From Promethearchaeota archaeon (lineage in GTDB: Archaea > Asgardarchaeota > Lokiarchaeia > Sigyniarchaeales > SOKP01): a stretch of DNA of 32,000 nt. Below the pieces are notes generated by a model that saw nothing but the letters and a program-made list of their open reading frames with translations, made no database searches and was not told where the DNA came from. The DNA is taken from positions 30,001-62,000 of the forward strand of contig JAUWGH010000004.1 in the NCBI GenBank assembly GCA_030606485.1, given 5' to 3'. A program made the position numbers and the translations under genes. This document shows positions 9,161 to 18,896 of the stretch, piece by piece; within the stretch, counting starts at the first letter, position 1; each line of letters begins with the position of its first letter.

Positions 9161-12100
9161 TTATTCTATAACTTCCATCTTAACTCCATGGTGTTCTGGG
9201 ATAGGTTGCGCACCACAAGAGGCTCCCATCCAACACACCAATTGATCTCCCTCTTTATGCATGGGTTTCCCACAATGCATTGGGAGTTCCATTATTTCTC
9301 CACATTCGGGACACTTCAATTTTCCCATAGTTATTTCACTATCTTTTTGTTTAATTTTTTCTTTTATAATTTTACCTTCTTCCTTTTTTATATATTTTTC
9401 TGAGTTATTTTTAAATTCAATTTCACACGATTTATTGCAGAAATAATATTTCTCCCCTTTATATTCATATTCGATTGACTCACTTGGCTTTATTTTCATA
9501 CCACAGACGGGATCAGTAACTAATTCTTTAGATTCAGGTTTTTTATACATTAATTTTGGATCCATATGCTTATAATCCGCATATTTTTCAGGATTAGTTT
9601 TAAACTCTGTCTCACAAGATGAACTGCAGAAGAAAAATTTCTCACCCTTATATTCATACTCAATTGATTGACTTGGAATTATTTCCATTCCGCAAATTGG
9701 ATCGATTGCTTTCTTTTCGATTAATAATTTTTCTTCTTGAATTTGTTGTTCAGTTCGCGGATCGAATCGTTTTAGGAATAATGCATTAGTGACGACCGAA
9801 ACCGAGCTTGACGCCATAAATACAGCGGCCATATATGGTGGTAAGAAAAATCCCGTTAATGCATAAAGTACGCCCGCAGCCATAGGGATTCCTATGATAT
9901 TATAAATAAATGCCCAAAATAAATTGGTTAGCATTTTTCTATATGTTTTTTTAGATAACCTAATTGCCGAGACAACGTTTCTTAAATCTCCTCTCATTAA
10001 AACGATATCTGCAGTCTCAATAGCTACATCAGTTCCGCTTCCTATTGCAATTCCAACATCAGCTTGTGCTAAGGCAGGAGCATCATTTATACCATCTCCA
10101 ACCATTGCAACGATGTTACTTTCATTCAATTCCTGTGTAGATTTTACGGTTTTTGCTTTCTCATTAGGCAAAACCTCTGCATATATATGGTTTTCATCAA
10201 AATCTAATTCCTTTCCTATACTTAAAGCTGTTTGCCTATTATCACCGGTAAGCATATATAGCTGGATCCCCATTTCTCTTAATTCATTAAGGGCATATGA
10301 TGCTTGATCTTTGACTTTATCTGAGATTCCAATGATACCTCTAATTTTACTATCGACACTTAGCAATATGGTAGTTATTCCACTATTTTGTAATTCCTTA
10401 AATTTGTTTTCAAATAGACCTAAACCAATTTTATTATCAAGTATTAATTTTTCATTACCAATCAAAACTTTCAAGTTATCAATTGTTGTTTCAATACCTT
10501 TTCCAGGTACTGCATTAAATTCTTTTGGTTCATTTAAGTCAATCATTTTTTGATTTGCTTCTTCAATAATTGCTTTTGCAATTGTATGTTCTGAGCCCAA
10601 TTCTGCGCTTCCTGCAAAGTGAAGTATTTCTTTTTCAGTAAATCCAACTTTTTTTAATTCCTTTTCCGTTACAATTACAGAAACCTTAGGTTTTCCAATT
10701 GTTAATGTTCCCGTTTTATCAAATATGATATTATTAACATTATTTATTGCTTCTAATGAATCACCACCTTTTACTAATATACCAATCTCTGCTCCTTTTC
10801 CAGTTCCAACCATCACTGCAGTCGGAATTGCTAAACCTAGCGCACATGGACAAGCGATAACAACAACAGAAGTGAAAACTAATAAAGACGTTTCAAGACC
10901 AAGCCCCCCAATAAAAAACCAGAAAAGAAAAGCACCAAGAGCAACAATAATTACTATCGGTACGAAATAATTGCTCACTTTATCAGCTAATTGCTGTTTT
11001 GCTGCTTTTTTACTCTGTGCCTCCTTCACAAAGTCGATAATCTGAAATAATAATGTATCTTTTCCAACCTTTTCCGTCGTCATTTTAATTAACCCAGTTT
11101 GATTAACTGTCGCTCCAATAACCTCATCTCCCAACGTCTTTTTAGCATAAACGCTTTCCCCAGTAATCATTGACTCATCAATTTTTGTTTTTCCTTCGAT
11201 GATTTTTCCATCTACCGGAATTTTCATTCCTGGTTTCACTATTAAAATATCTCCAACCTCAATTTCTTCAATTGGAATTTCTAATTCTTCACCATCCTTT
11301 AAGATTATTGCAGTTTTCGCTTGCAAACCAATTAATTTTTTTATAGCTTCAGATGCCTGACCCTTTGCTTTATGTTCAAGATATTTACCCAATAACAGAA
11401 ATGTCAAAATCATACTCATGGCTTCATAGAATGTCTTACCTGGGATAAAAAATGTGGTCAATATTGAGTATATGTAAGCCGTCCCTGTTCCCAATGAGAC
11501 CAGTACATCCATATTGGTCGATTTATTTTTAAGAGATTTATATGCCCCTATAAGGAAAAAAGATCCTCCAATCGCAAAATTAGTACTTGCTAGGAAAAAT
11601 AAAATTAGTTTAATTGTAAAAGAAGGCTCCACAAACCAACTAATTGGAGTTATAATTAACGAGAGAATAGCAGATGTAATAAATCTATTTAATCTTTTTT
11701 TCTGTTCCTTTTGCTGAACTTCAAATTCCTTGTCAATCACACCAGCGGATTTTTCTATTTTATAACCAAAATTCCTAATTGTAGATATTAATTTTGATTC
11801 ATTTATTTCAAATTCATTAAATTCAAGGAAAACTTTTTTTGCTTGATAATTCCCACGAATCTCATAAATTCCTTTTATATTTTTTGCGTTTTCTATTAAA
11901 TTATCAAAGTTTTTCTCTGAAATATCATCGGTGATTACAACATCAATTCTCGAAAGATTCGCTCGATATCCTAAATTGATTATTGCCTGGCGAAATTTAA
12001 AGAAATCAACTTTGTTTGGACTATATTCTATATTTGCTTCCTCATTAGCAAAATTTACAACAGATTTTTCAACACCATTTAGAGATCTTAATTTATTTTC

Positions 12101-12175
12101 GATTTTAAGCGCGCAATTAGCGCACGTCATTCCCCCAAGTTTAATAATAATTTTTTCTTTCGATTCAAGTTCCAT
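9161..12175 (-). CDS. copA: P1B-1 Cu(I)-exporting ATPase with N-terminal HMA, two C-terminal YHS domains and a Cys/His-rich tail
   Basis: GMTCANC, TGES, CPC, DKTGT, GDGINDAP, YN and MxxSS motifs; two DPxCGM...FCxxxC units; terminal CPEC..HC/C..C..HH domain. Confidence 0.95.
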   Translation of the reverse strand: MELESKEKIIIKLGGMTCANCALKIENKLRSLNGVEKSVVNFANEEANIEYSPNKVDFFKFRQAIINLGYRANLSRIDVVITDDISEKNFDNLIENAKNIKGIYEIRGNYQAKKVFLEFNEFEINESKLISTIRNFGYKIEKSAGVIDKEFEVQQKEQKKRLNRFITSAILSLIITPISWFVEPSFTIKLILFFLASTNFAIGGSFFLIGAYKSLKNKSTNMDVLVSLGTGTAYIYSILTTFFIPGKTFYEAMSMILTFLLLGKYLEHKAKGQASEAIKKLIGLQAKTAIILKDGEELEIPIEEIEVGDILIVKPGMKIPVDGKIIEGKTKIDESMITGESVYAKKTLGDEVIGATVNQTGLIKMTTEKVGKDTLLFQIIDFVKEAQSKKAAKQQLADKVSNYFVPIVIIVALGAFLFWFFIGGLGLETSLLVFTSVVVIACPCALGLAIPTAVMVGTGKGAEIGILVKGGDSLEAINNVNNIIFDKTGTLTIGKPKVSVIVTEKELKKVGFTEKEILHFAGSAELGSEHTIAKAIIEEANQKMIDLNEPKEFNAVPGKGIETTIDNLKVLIGNEKLILDNKIGLGLFENKFKELQNSGITTILLSVDSKIRGIIGISDKVKDQASYALNELREMGIQLYMLTGDNRQTALSIGKELDFDENHIYAEVLPNEKAKTVKSTQELNESNIVAMVGDGINDAPALAQADVGIAIGSGTDVAIETADIVLMRGDLRNVVSAIRLSKKTYRKMLTNLFWAFIYNIIGIPMAAGVLYALTGFFLPPYMAAVFMASSSVSVVTNALFLKRFDPRTEQQIQEEKLLIEKKAIDPICGMEIIPSQSIEYEYKGEKFFFCSSSCETEFKTNPEKYADYKHMDPKLMYKKPESKELVTDPVCGMKIKPSESIEYEYKGEKYYFCNKSCEIEFKNNSEKYIKKEEGKIIKEKIKQKDSEITMGKLKCPECGEIMELPMHCGKPMHKEGDQLVCWMGASCGAQPIPEHHGVKMEVIE
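9392..9703. repeat. Imperfect 123-bp direct repeat (9392-9514 and 9581-9703) encoding the two YHS domains of CopA
   Basis: Shared tracts such as ATATTTTTC...TTGCAGAA...TTATATTCATA...ACTTGG...GGATC; offset 189 bp (63 codons). Confidence 0.85.
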
Positions 12176-12395
12176 AATAATGCATCCAGAAATGCCTTAA
12201 AAGTTGTAAAATTGTTTTCAAATAAAGATTATATCTCTATCTTATATTAAAGATTGTTTAGTTAAATATAAAAAAATTTTCAGTATAAATTATTAAATTT
12301 AAAAGAAAATTCTTAACAAATATAGGTATTTTGTTAAATTTTTCTTATAAAAAGTATATAAAACTTTTTTATGGTTAGTTAAATAATTTTTATCT

Positions 12396-12689
12396 ATGAC
12401 AGAATCGAAAATTCCAATTATTATTACTAAAGAAGGTTGTCACCGGTGTGAAGAATTAGAAGCTTGGCTAAAAGAGAATAATGTTAATTATATTCACCAA
12501 GACATTGAAGATAAGGAATTTGTTCAACAATTGTTGCATGATCCAAATTTTACAGGCACTTTTTGTGATGTTGATGGCTGTATTGTAAATACTCCTGTTG
12601 TTATACACAAGGGGAAATATTGGTTCAAGGAACTGTGGGGTATCTCCGGATTACGAGAAAGAGAGGCTAAAAAACTCTTTTTAGATTAG
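12396..12689 (+). CDS. Glutaredoxin/NrdH-like protein
   Basis: TKEGCHRC (CxxC), cis-Pro motif NTPVV, 97 aa. Confidence 0.8.
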   Translation: MTESKIPIIITKEGCHRCEELEAWLKENNVNYIHQDIEDKEFVQQLLHDPNFTGTFCDVDGCIVNTPVVIHKGKYWFKELWGISGLREREAKKLFLD

Positions 12690-12703
12690 AATTTATAGAT
12701 TTT

Positions 12704-13318
12704 TTATAATTTTAAATTTTTTTCTTTTAATTTTGCCATTTTATTGACTACTTTTTTAATAGCTCTTAGGCCTTCTTCGTCTTTCTCAACACCTTTTTTT
12801 CCTAGATCTTCTGCCCATAAGCAAGCACCTAAATTTGCACCAAAAGCACCACCAGAAACCGTAATTATGCCATTTTGTGTATAAAAGTCCAAAATTGTTC
12901 TAATGGCAGGTTCTTGACCTCCATTCCTATCTCCCCCAACTGCTAATGCTATTCCAATCTTATCCCAGAAAACTTCAGACTTTTTGGCAATTAATGCTCT
13001 ACAACGGTCCATAACTGCTTTTAATTGTGCAGATAGATTCCCTTGAAATACTGGAGTTCCAAATAAAAAATATTTTGCGTTTTCTAACTTGGGATAAAGC
13101 TCCTGTAAATCGTCTTTTTGTACGCAACCCTTTTTCTCCCGAATACAATAATCGCAATGGGTACAAAAACCAATTTTCTTTCCTCTGACAGTCCAAAATT
13201 CTGTTTCGAATCCAAATTTCTCAGTGGCATAATTTAAGGCATATCTTACGGAGAATTCTGTAGCTTGATTTCTTGGGCTGCCGCATATTCCTAATAACAA
13301 GTTTTTATTTTCAACCAT
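12704..13318 (-). CDS. Iron-sulfur flavoprotein (Isf)/flavodoxin-family protein
   Basis: GSPRN FMN-binding loop, CTHCDYCIREKKGC (CX2CX2CX6C), GTPVF, GGDRNGGQE. Confidence 0.88.
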   Translation of the reverse strand: MVENKNLLLGICGSPRNQATEFSVRYALNYATEKFGFETEFWTVRGKKIGFCTHCDYCIREKKGCVQKDDLQELYPKLENAKYFLFGTPVFQGNLSAQLKAVMDRCRALIAKKSEVFWDKIGIALAVGGDRNGGQEPAIRTILDFYTQNGIITVSGGAFGANLGACLWAEDLGKKGVEKDEEGLRAIKKVVNKMAKLKEKNLKL

Positions 13319-13413
13319 AATTTATAATTTGTATTTTTTCTTTTATTTATTTTTACAACATTCTTTTTCGGTGGATTTTAAAAAAAATATTAATATCCAA
13401 GATTTAATATTTA

Positions 13414-14070
13414 ATGATGGATAAAAATAAACCGAGTTTAGCAAGGATTAGGATAAAATTTCCAGAACAATTATGGATCTCCGAAATTTCTAAAAAATAT
13501 ACCGATGTAAAAATTGACATATTAAATTTTTTGCCGTATGACTTTGAAAAATCCGTTGGAAACGCGATAATTGAAATTATTCACTATAAAATTGAACAAA
13601 TTATAGAAGAAATAAAAAATCATCCATCAATTTTCGAATTTAGTATTTTAGAGAGAGAAGAAAATAGAGTTCAATTTAATGTCAAAACAAAAGATCCCTA
13701 CTTACTGTACGGTGTTATTAAATGTGGGGTGCTTATTAATTTTCCCGTTAGAGTACGAGAGGGATATGGGGTCTGGAAGATTATATCAACCAGAAAACGA
13801 ATAGACGATCTACTTACGCTGTTTGAAGAGAAAGATATTAATTTTTCACTACTGCGAATTGGAAATTCACCTTATAATCTTGATGATGATAAGAATAAAT
13901 TAAGTTTCCAAGAATCAGAAATTCTCAATAAAGCAATTAATTTAGGATTTTTCGAAGTTCCGAGAAAAATATCCTTAGAAGAATTAGCAAACCAACTTGG
14001 AAAATCAAAATCCACACTTTCTGTTATGCTTAGAAAAATAATTAAAAAAAAGGTATTGTTTGAGGGTTAA
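13414..14070 (+). CDS. Archaeal Bat-type (HTH_10) transcriptional regulator
   Basis: C-terminal EILNKAINLGFFEVPRKISLEELANQLGKSKSTLSVMLRK is the typical HTH_10 pattern. Confidence 0.85.
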   Translation: MMDKNKPSLARIRIKFPEQLWISEISKKYTDVKIDILNFLPYDFEKSVGNAIIEIIHYKIEQIIEEIKNHPSIFEFSILEREENRVQFNVKTKDPYLLYGVIKCGVLINFPVRVREGYGVWKIISTRKRIDDLLTLFEEKDINFSLLRIGNSPYNLDDDKNKLSFQESEILNKAINLGFFEVPRKISLEELANQLGKSKSTLSVMLRKIIKKKVLFEG

Positions 14071-14903
14071 ATTTTCCCCTGTCTTAAGATATTTCCATCA
14101 CGCCCTATTATTGTTTCCTCTATGGTTATCTTCCTATTAATTTTTGCAAATATCGGATCTAAGAACAATTTGATTTTCTGGCAGCAAGGAACATCCATCA
14201 AGATAAAATTAATCTTTTCAATAGGATTTAAATCCAAAATCTGTTCGAATTTTTCTAATTCCGTTTCGCTAAAGCTTAACATTGGACATACTGTAACTAT
14301 TGGCTTACCTTTTAAGAGTTTTCTATGAAAATCCCCGAACGCGAAGGGGGCGCAGTCAGAAACAAAGAGTAATTCTTTATTGTTGAAAAATGGAGCACTT
14401 GGATTTACTAATGTTAGTTTTGTTGGCCATTGTCTCAAGGCAGAAGGAATTTCTCCAGAGACATCTGATTCTTCCCATACATTATCGTACACTATAGTAC
14501 TTGCCGAAGGGCAAGAGCATTGTTGAGTGTGAGCAGAATAGCCATGAGTTACATGAGGGGTTTCTATTAAAACCTCTTTTTTTATAATTCTTAGATATTC
14601 CTCGGTTACCTCCTCGTCGAATTCAAAAGATTCTCGTTCTTCAATCGTTAATGCGCCTTCAGGACATTCACCAATGCACGCACCAAGTCCGTCACAATAT
14701 ATTTCGCTTACTATTTTTGCTTTCCCATCAATTATTTTTAACGCACCTTCAGCACAAGCTATGACACACTGTCCGCAACCAGTACATAAATCCTCATCAA
14801 TCTTAATTATTTTTCTAGTTACTTTTTGTTTATTTTTTATTTCCGTCATGCTAATAATTAATAGAAACATGAGTGTTTTATTTTTTATTGCGAACATGTT
14901 CAT
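14067..14903 (-). CDS. Ferredoxin-domain Fe-S protein (alternative starts 14897 or 14849)
   Basis: CTGCGQCVIAC and CDGLGACIGECP, plus CSCPS, LRQWP, DC and VPCC motifs typical of a family seen in anaerobes. Confidence 0.85.
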   Translation of the reverse strand: MNMFAIKNKTLMFLLIISMTEIKNKQKVTRKIIKIDEDLCTGCGQCVIACAEGALKIIDGKAKIVSEIYCDGLGACIGECPEGALTIEERESFEFDEEVTEEYLRIIKKEVLIETPHVTHGYSAHTQQCSCPSASTIVYDNVWEESDVSGEIPSALRQWPTKLTLVNPSAPFFNNKELLFVSDCAPFAFGDFHRKLLKGKPIVTVCPMLSFSETELEKFEQILDLNPIEKINFILMDVPCCQKIKLFLDPIFAKINRKITIEETIIGRDGNILRQGKI

Positions 14904-14928
14904 TCTCCTTTACCTTATTTAAATCAAA

Positions 14929-16203
14929 ATGATATATTTCAAAATTTTAATATTTATAACAGTAATTCTAAAAAAGCAAAATATGAATATTTATAGTATG
15001 AAAGTAATTATTATCGGTAATGGAGTCGCAGGTACATTTTCTGCTCAAAATATTAGAAATATTGATAAAAGCGTAGATATTAAAATAATAACTGAAGAGA
15101 AATATCCGTATTATTCCAGACCCAAATTACCTGAATTTATCTCTGAACAAGTATCAATCAACGATATTATGGTTTTTAGAGAAGATTGGTATAGGAAGAA
15201 AAATATAAAATTAATTTTAGCAAGGAAAGTTTTAGGAATTCATCCAAGACAAAAGCACCTCCTTCTTGAAGATCAAAAAGAATTCATTCAATATGATAAG
15301 TTAATTATTGCAACTGGAAGCAAACCTAATATTCCTCCAATTAAAAACGCAGTTGAACTATTAAAAAAAGGAGTTTTTACTTTACGCAATATTGATGATG
15401 CCATAGAAATACAGAATTATATTAAAGTAAATAATACTAAGAAGGGGATCATAATTGGGGGGGGTTTATTGGGTTTAGAATTGGCAAAACAAATCAAAAA
15501 TTGCAATCTTGACACAACGATAGTTGAATTTTTTCCAAGGCTTTTACCTCGTCAATTAGACGATGAATGCGCAGAGATGTTAAAAGCTGAAATTGAAAAA
15601 ATGGGAATAAAAGTTATATTAAATGCTGCAACTGAGGAAATTTTAGGAGCTGATTCCGTTGAAGGAATAAAGATAAAGAATGGACCTGAAATTAAAGCCG
15701 ATACTGTATTAATTCAAGCAGGAATAAGACCAAGAACCGAGCTAGCAGAAAAAGCAAAAATTCATCAGAATCGAGGTATTATTGTCAATGAATTTTTACA
15801 AACAAGCGATAAAGACATTTTTGCTGTTGGTGATGTGATAGAATACAAATCTCAAACATGGGGGATAATTCCTGCCTGTATTGAGCAATCAAGAATTGTT
15901 GCAGCATCAGTTTTAAATAAAGAAGAGATTCAATATAAAGGAACTACTCCAAAAACCACTCTAAAAATTGTTGGAATTGATTTAACGTCTATAGGAATAT
16001 TTGATCCTTCACAAGAAGAGGATATTGGATGGGAGATTCTAAAAAAAGTTGATCAAGATAATTGCTGCTATCAAAAATTCGTTTTAAAGGATAATAAATT
16101 AAAAGGAGCAATTCTTTTTGGAGAAACAAAATCAATTCCATTTGTAAATAAGAATATAAACTTAAATGTTAATAAAGAAGAGATTAATAAATTATTAGAA
16201 TAA
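14929..16203 (+). CDS. FAD-dependent NAD(P)H oxidoreductase, NADH:rubredoxin oxidoreductase-like (likely start ATG 14998)
   Basis: GNGVAG, ATGS, GGGLLGLE, AVGDV; lacks the BFD/siroheme domains of NirB; a rubredoxin gene lies directly downstream. Confidence 0.85.
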   Translation: MIYFKILIFITVILKKQNMNIYSMKVIIIGNGVAGTFSAQNIRNIDKSVDIKIITEEKYPYYSRPKLPEFISEQVSINDIMVFREDWYRKKNIKLILARKVLGIHPRQKHLLLEDQKEFIQYDKLIIATGSKPNIPPIKNAVELLKKGVFTLRNIDDAIEIQNYIKVNNTKKGIIIGGGLLGLELAKQIKNCNLDTTIVEFFPRLLPRQLDDECAEMLKAEIEKMGIKVILNAATEEILGADSVEGIKIKNGPEIKADTVLIQAGIRPRTELAEKAKIHQNRGIIVNEFLQTSDKDIFAVGDVIEYKSQTWGIIPACIEQSRIVAASVLNKEEIQYKGTTPKTTLKIVGIDLTSIGIFDPSQEEDIGWEILKKVDQDNCCYQKFVLKDNKLKGAILFGETKSIPFVNKNINLNVNKEEINKLLE

Positions 16204-16334
16204 AAACCAAAATCCTTGTAAAAATAAAACAATAAATATCTATTATTTTGTTAATTTATAGTCTTAATATTTTTAATATTTAGAAATTTAAATTTCATAA
16301 AAATAAAATAGAAAATATACGAGGGGAAAAAACT

Positions 16335-16469
16335 CTGGCAAAGTATGAATGTACGGCTTGTGGCTATATTTACGACGAAGAAGCAGAAGGGACAAAATGG
16401 GAAGACCTTCCCGATGATTGGACATGCCCACTATGTGGAGTAGGAAAAGATATGTTTGAAAAACTTTAA
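16335..16469 (+). CDS. Rubredoxin, short form (44 aa), apparent CTG start; absent from ORF track
   Basis: (M)[43 protein letters not shown]; SD GAGGGG 8 nt upstream; no in-frame ATG/GTG/TTG after the TAG at 16281. Confidence 0.93.
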   Translation: MAKYECTACGYIYDEEAEGTKWEDLPDDWTCPLCGVGKDMFEKL

Positions 16470-16668
16470 AATTAAAATTATTCCAAATTTTTTTTATTTT
16501 CTAAATTTTTTATTGTTTTTACTTATAGTAATCTTAGATATTAATTGTATTATTTATATTTGAGAAAAATTAAATTTATAATCAGTTTCTGAGTCTAATT
16601 AAATATTATTCAAAGTGAGAAATTCAAAAAAATAACTAATTGAAAAAATGGAATAAAGGTTTTAAGAT

Positions 16669-18069
16669 ATGGATTTTAATTTAACAGAGGCCCAAAAAGA
16701 ATTACAAAAAAAAACACGGGAATTTGCAATTAAGGAAATCTTGCCAGTAGCAGCTAGTTATGATGAGCATGGAAAATTCCCAATTGAAATTATTGAGAAA
16801 GCTAATAAAGCAGGTTTAGTGAATTTAGTAATTCCAAAAAAATATGGGGGACCTGGTTATGGTCTCTTAGAATCTGTTATAGTTGTTGAGGAAATTGCTG
16901 CGGCTTGTCCCGGGTTCGCAACATCCATATTCGCAAATAATTTAGGAGCAGAACCAATAATTTTAGGAGGAAATGAAGAACAGAAAGATAGAATACTAAG
17001 AGAATTAGTAAAAAAATTTACTTTAATTTCTTTTGCTACCTCTGAACCTGGAATGGGATCTGATGTTGCTGGAATTAAATGTCGAGCTCAAAAAGATGGA
17101 GAAGATTATATTTTAAATGGTACAAAGTATTGGATTACCAATGCAGGTTATGCAAAATATATTTCTCTATTTGCAACAGTGGATCCAGCAAAAAAACATA
17201 AAGGAATATGTGCTTTTATTGTACCAACTGATTTAGAGGGAGTTAAAACAGGAAATCCAATTCCTAAATTGGGGCATAGAGCATCAAATACTACTTCTGT
17301 GGTTTTAAAAAATGTAAGAATTCCAAAAGAAAATGTATTAGCTCCTCCAGGGAGAGGTTTTGTTTTAGCAATGCAAACATTTGCTCATACTCGTCCAGCT
17401 ATAGGAGGTTTTGCTACTGGTTTAGCAAGGTCCGCTATGGAATATGTGATTGATTATGCAAAAAAAAGAGAGACTTTCGGAAGGCCAATAGCAAATTATC
17501 AAGCTATTCAGTTTAAAATTGCTGAAATGTATAAAAATATTGAAGCTAGCCGATTATTAACCTATAAATCAGCATGGGAGACTGATCAAGGGTTAGATAA
17601 TACATTAAGTGCAGCATGTGCAAAAGCATTTGCCTCGGATATTGCTATGCAAGTAACTACTGAAGCTATTCAAATAATGGGGGGATACGGTTATATCAAA
17701 ACATATCCATTTGAAAAATTATTCAGAGATGCAAAACTATTTCAAATTTACGAAGGAACCTCTGAAATCCAAAGAATAATCATTTCAAGATTTGTGATGA
17801 AACAATATAAACATGTAATGCCAAATTTATTTGAACTCCCAAGAATTGAAGTAGAAAGAGAAGAAGAAGTTGAAATTCCATCAGTGTCATTATTGACTAG
17901 TGAGGAACTGGGAGGAAAATACAGATGCACAGTATGTGGATATATTTATGATCCTGTAAAAGGTGATCCAGATAGTGGAATCTCTCCTGGAACTCCATTT
18001 GAAGAAATTTCAGATGATTGGCATTGCCCCATATGTGGAGTTTCTAAAGATAAATTTGTAAAAATATAA
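16669..18069 (+). CDS. Acyl-CoA dehydrogenase fused to a C-terminal rubredoxin domain
   Basis: [44 protein letters not shown] (catalytic Glu); then [13 protein letters not shown]...[11 protein letters not shown] (17917-18069). Confidence 0.93.
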   Translation: MDFNLTEAQKELQKKTREFAIKEILPVAASYDEHGKFPIEIIEKANKAGLVNLVIPKKYGGPGYGLLESVIVVEEIAAACPGFATSIFANNLGAEPIILGGNEEQKDRILRELVKKFTLISFATSEPGMGSDVAGIKCRAQKDGEDYILNGTKYWITNAGYAKYISLFATVDPAKKHKGICAFIVPTDLEGVKTGNPIPKLGHRASNTTSVVLKNVRIPKENVLAPPGRGFVLAMQTFAHTRPAIGGFATGLARSAMEYVIDYAKKRETFGRPIANYQAIQFKIAEMYKNIEASRLLTYKSAWETDQGLDNTLSAACAKAFASDIAMQVTTEAIQIMGGYGYIKTYPFEKLFRDAKLFQIYEGTSEIQRIIISRFVMKQYKHVMPNLFELPRIEVEREEEVEIPSVSLLTSEELGGKYRCTVCGYIYDPVKGDPDSGISPGTPFEEISDDWHCPICGVSKDKFVKI

Positions 18070-18307
18070 TTTATTCTTTTTTAAATATTAATTTTGTTTC
18101 TATTTAAATAAGAACTACTTTATTTATATTTTATTAGATTTTTTCGATTAGTAATTAAAGATTCAAACGATTTTAAAGAATATTTAATAGAAAATAAGGC
18201 TTATATTGAAATTCTCTCATTTCTACTTGTTATTAAAGCTTAATATTATGTTAAAATTTTATAAAATTTTATGATTTTACAATTAAAAAAAACAAGGAGG
18301 TAATATT

Positions 18308-18865
18308 ATGGATGTAAAAGAAGCTATAAACACAAGAAGAGCATATAGGTCTCTTGATCTTATTAAGATTACTGATGAACTTATTAAAGACCTAGCGGAA
18401 TCCGCACAAATTGCACCTTCATGCATGAATAAACAACCTTGGAAATTCATTTTTATCCGTGAAAAAGAACAATTAGAAAAAATATTTAGGACTCTCACTC
18501 CTGGAAATAAATGGGTTGAGAGAGCATCATTAATAATTGGAGTTTTTAGCAAGCCTAAAAACGATTGTATTCTTAAAGAACGATTATACTACTTATTTGA
18601 TACTGGTATGGCAACGGCTTTTATAATATTAAGAGCTACTGAATTAGGTCTTGTTGCTCATCCAATAGCTGGTTTTGATGAGGATAAAGTAAAAGAAATC
18701 TTAGGAATTCCTGATGATGTAAGGTTAATCACTTTAGTGATTATTGGCAAACATTCTAAGGAAATTAATCCTTTACTTTCAGAATTTATGAAATTGGGTG
18801 AAAAAAGCAGACCTCCAAGAATTCCATTAGAGAAATTTACTTATATCAATGAGTATAAATCTTAA
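18308..18865 (+). CDS. Nitroreductase-family flavoprotein
   Basis: RRAYR, APSCMNKQPWKF, FDTGMA...LRATELGL; strong SD AAGGAGG. Confidence 0.9.
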   Translation: MDVKEAINTRRAYRSLDLIKITDELIKDLAESAQIAPSCMNKQPWKFIFIREKEQLEKIFRTLTPGNKWVERASLIIGVFSKPKNDCILKERLYYLFDTGMATAFIILRATELGLVAHPIAGFDEDKVKEILGIPDDVRLITLVIIGKHSKEINPLLSEFMKLGEKSRPPRIPLEKFTYINEYKS

Positions 18866-18896
18866 AAGAGGATGCAATTTCATAAGAGGATAATAA

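Noticed and set aside
14929-16203. Calling this ORF nitrite reductase NirB
   Set aside because: Only the flavoprotein part is present; no BFD [2Fe-2S] or siroheme domains.
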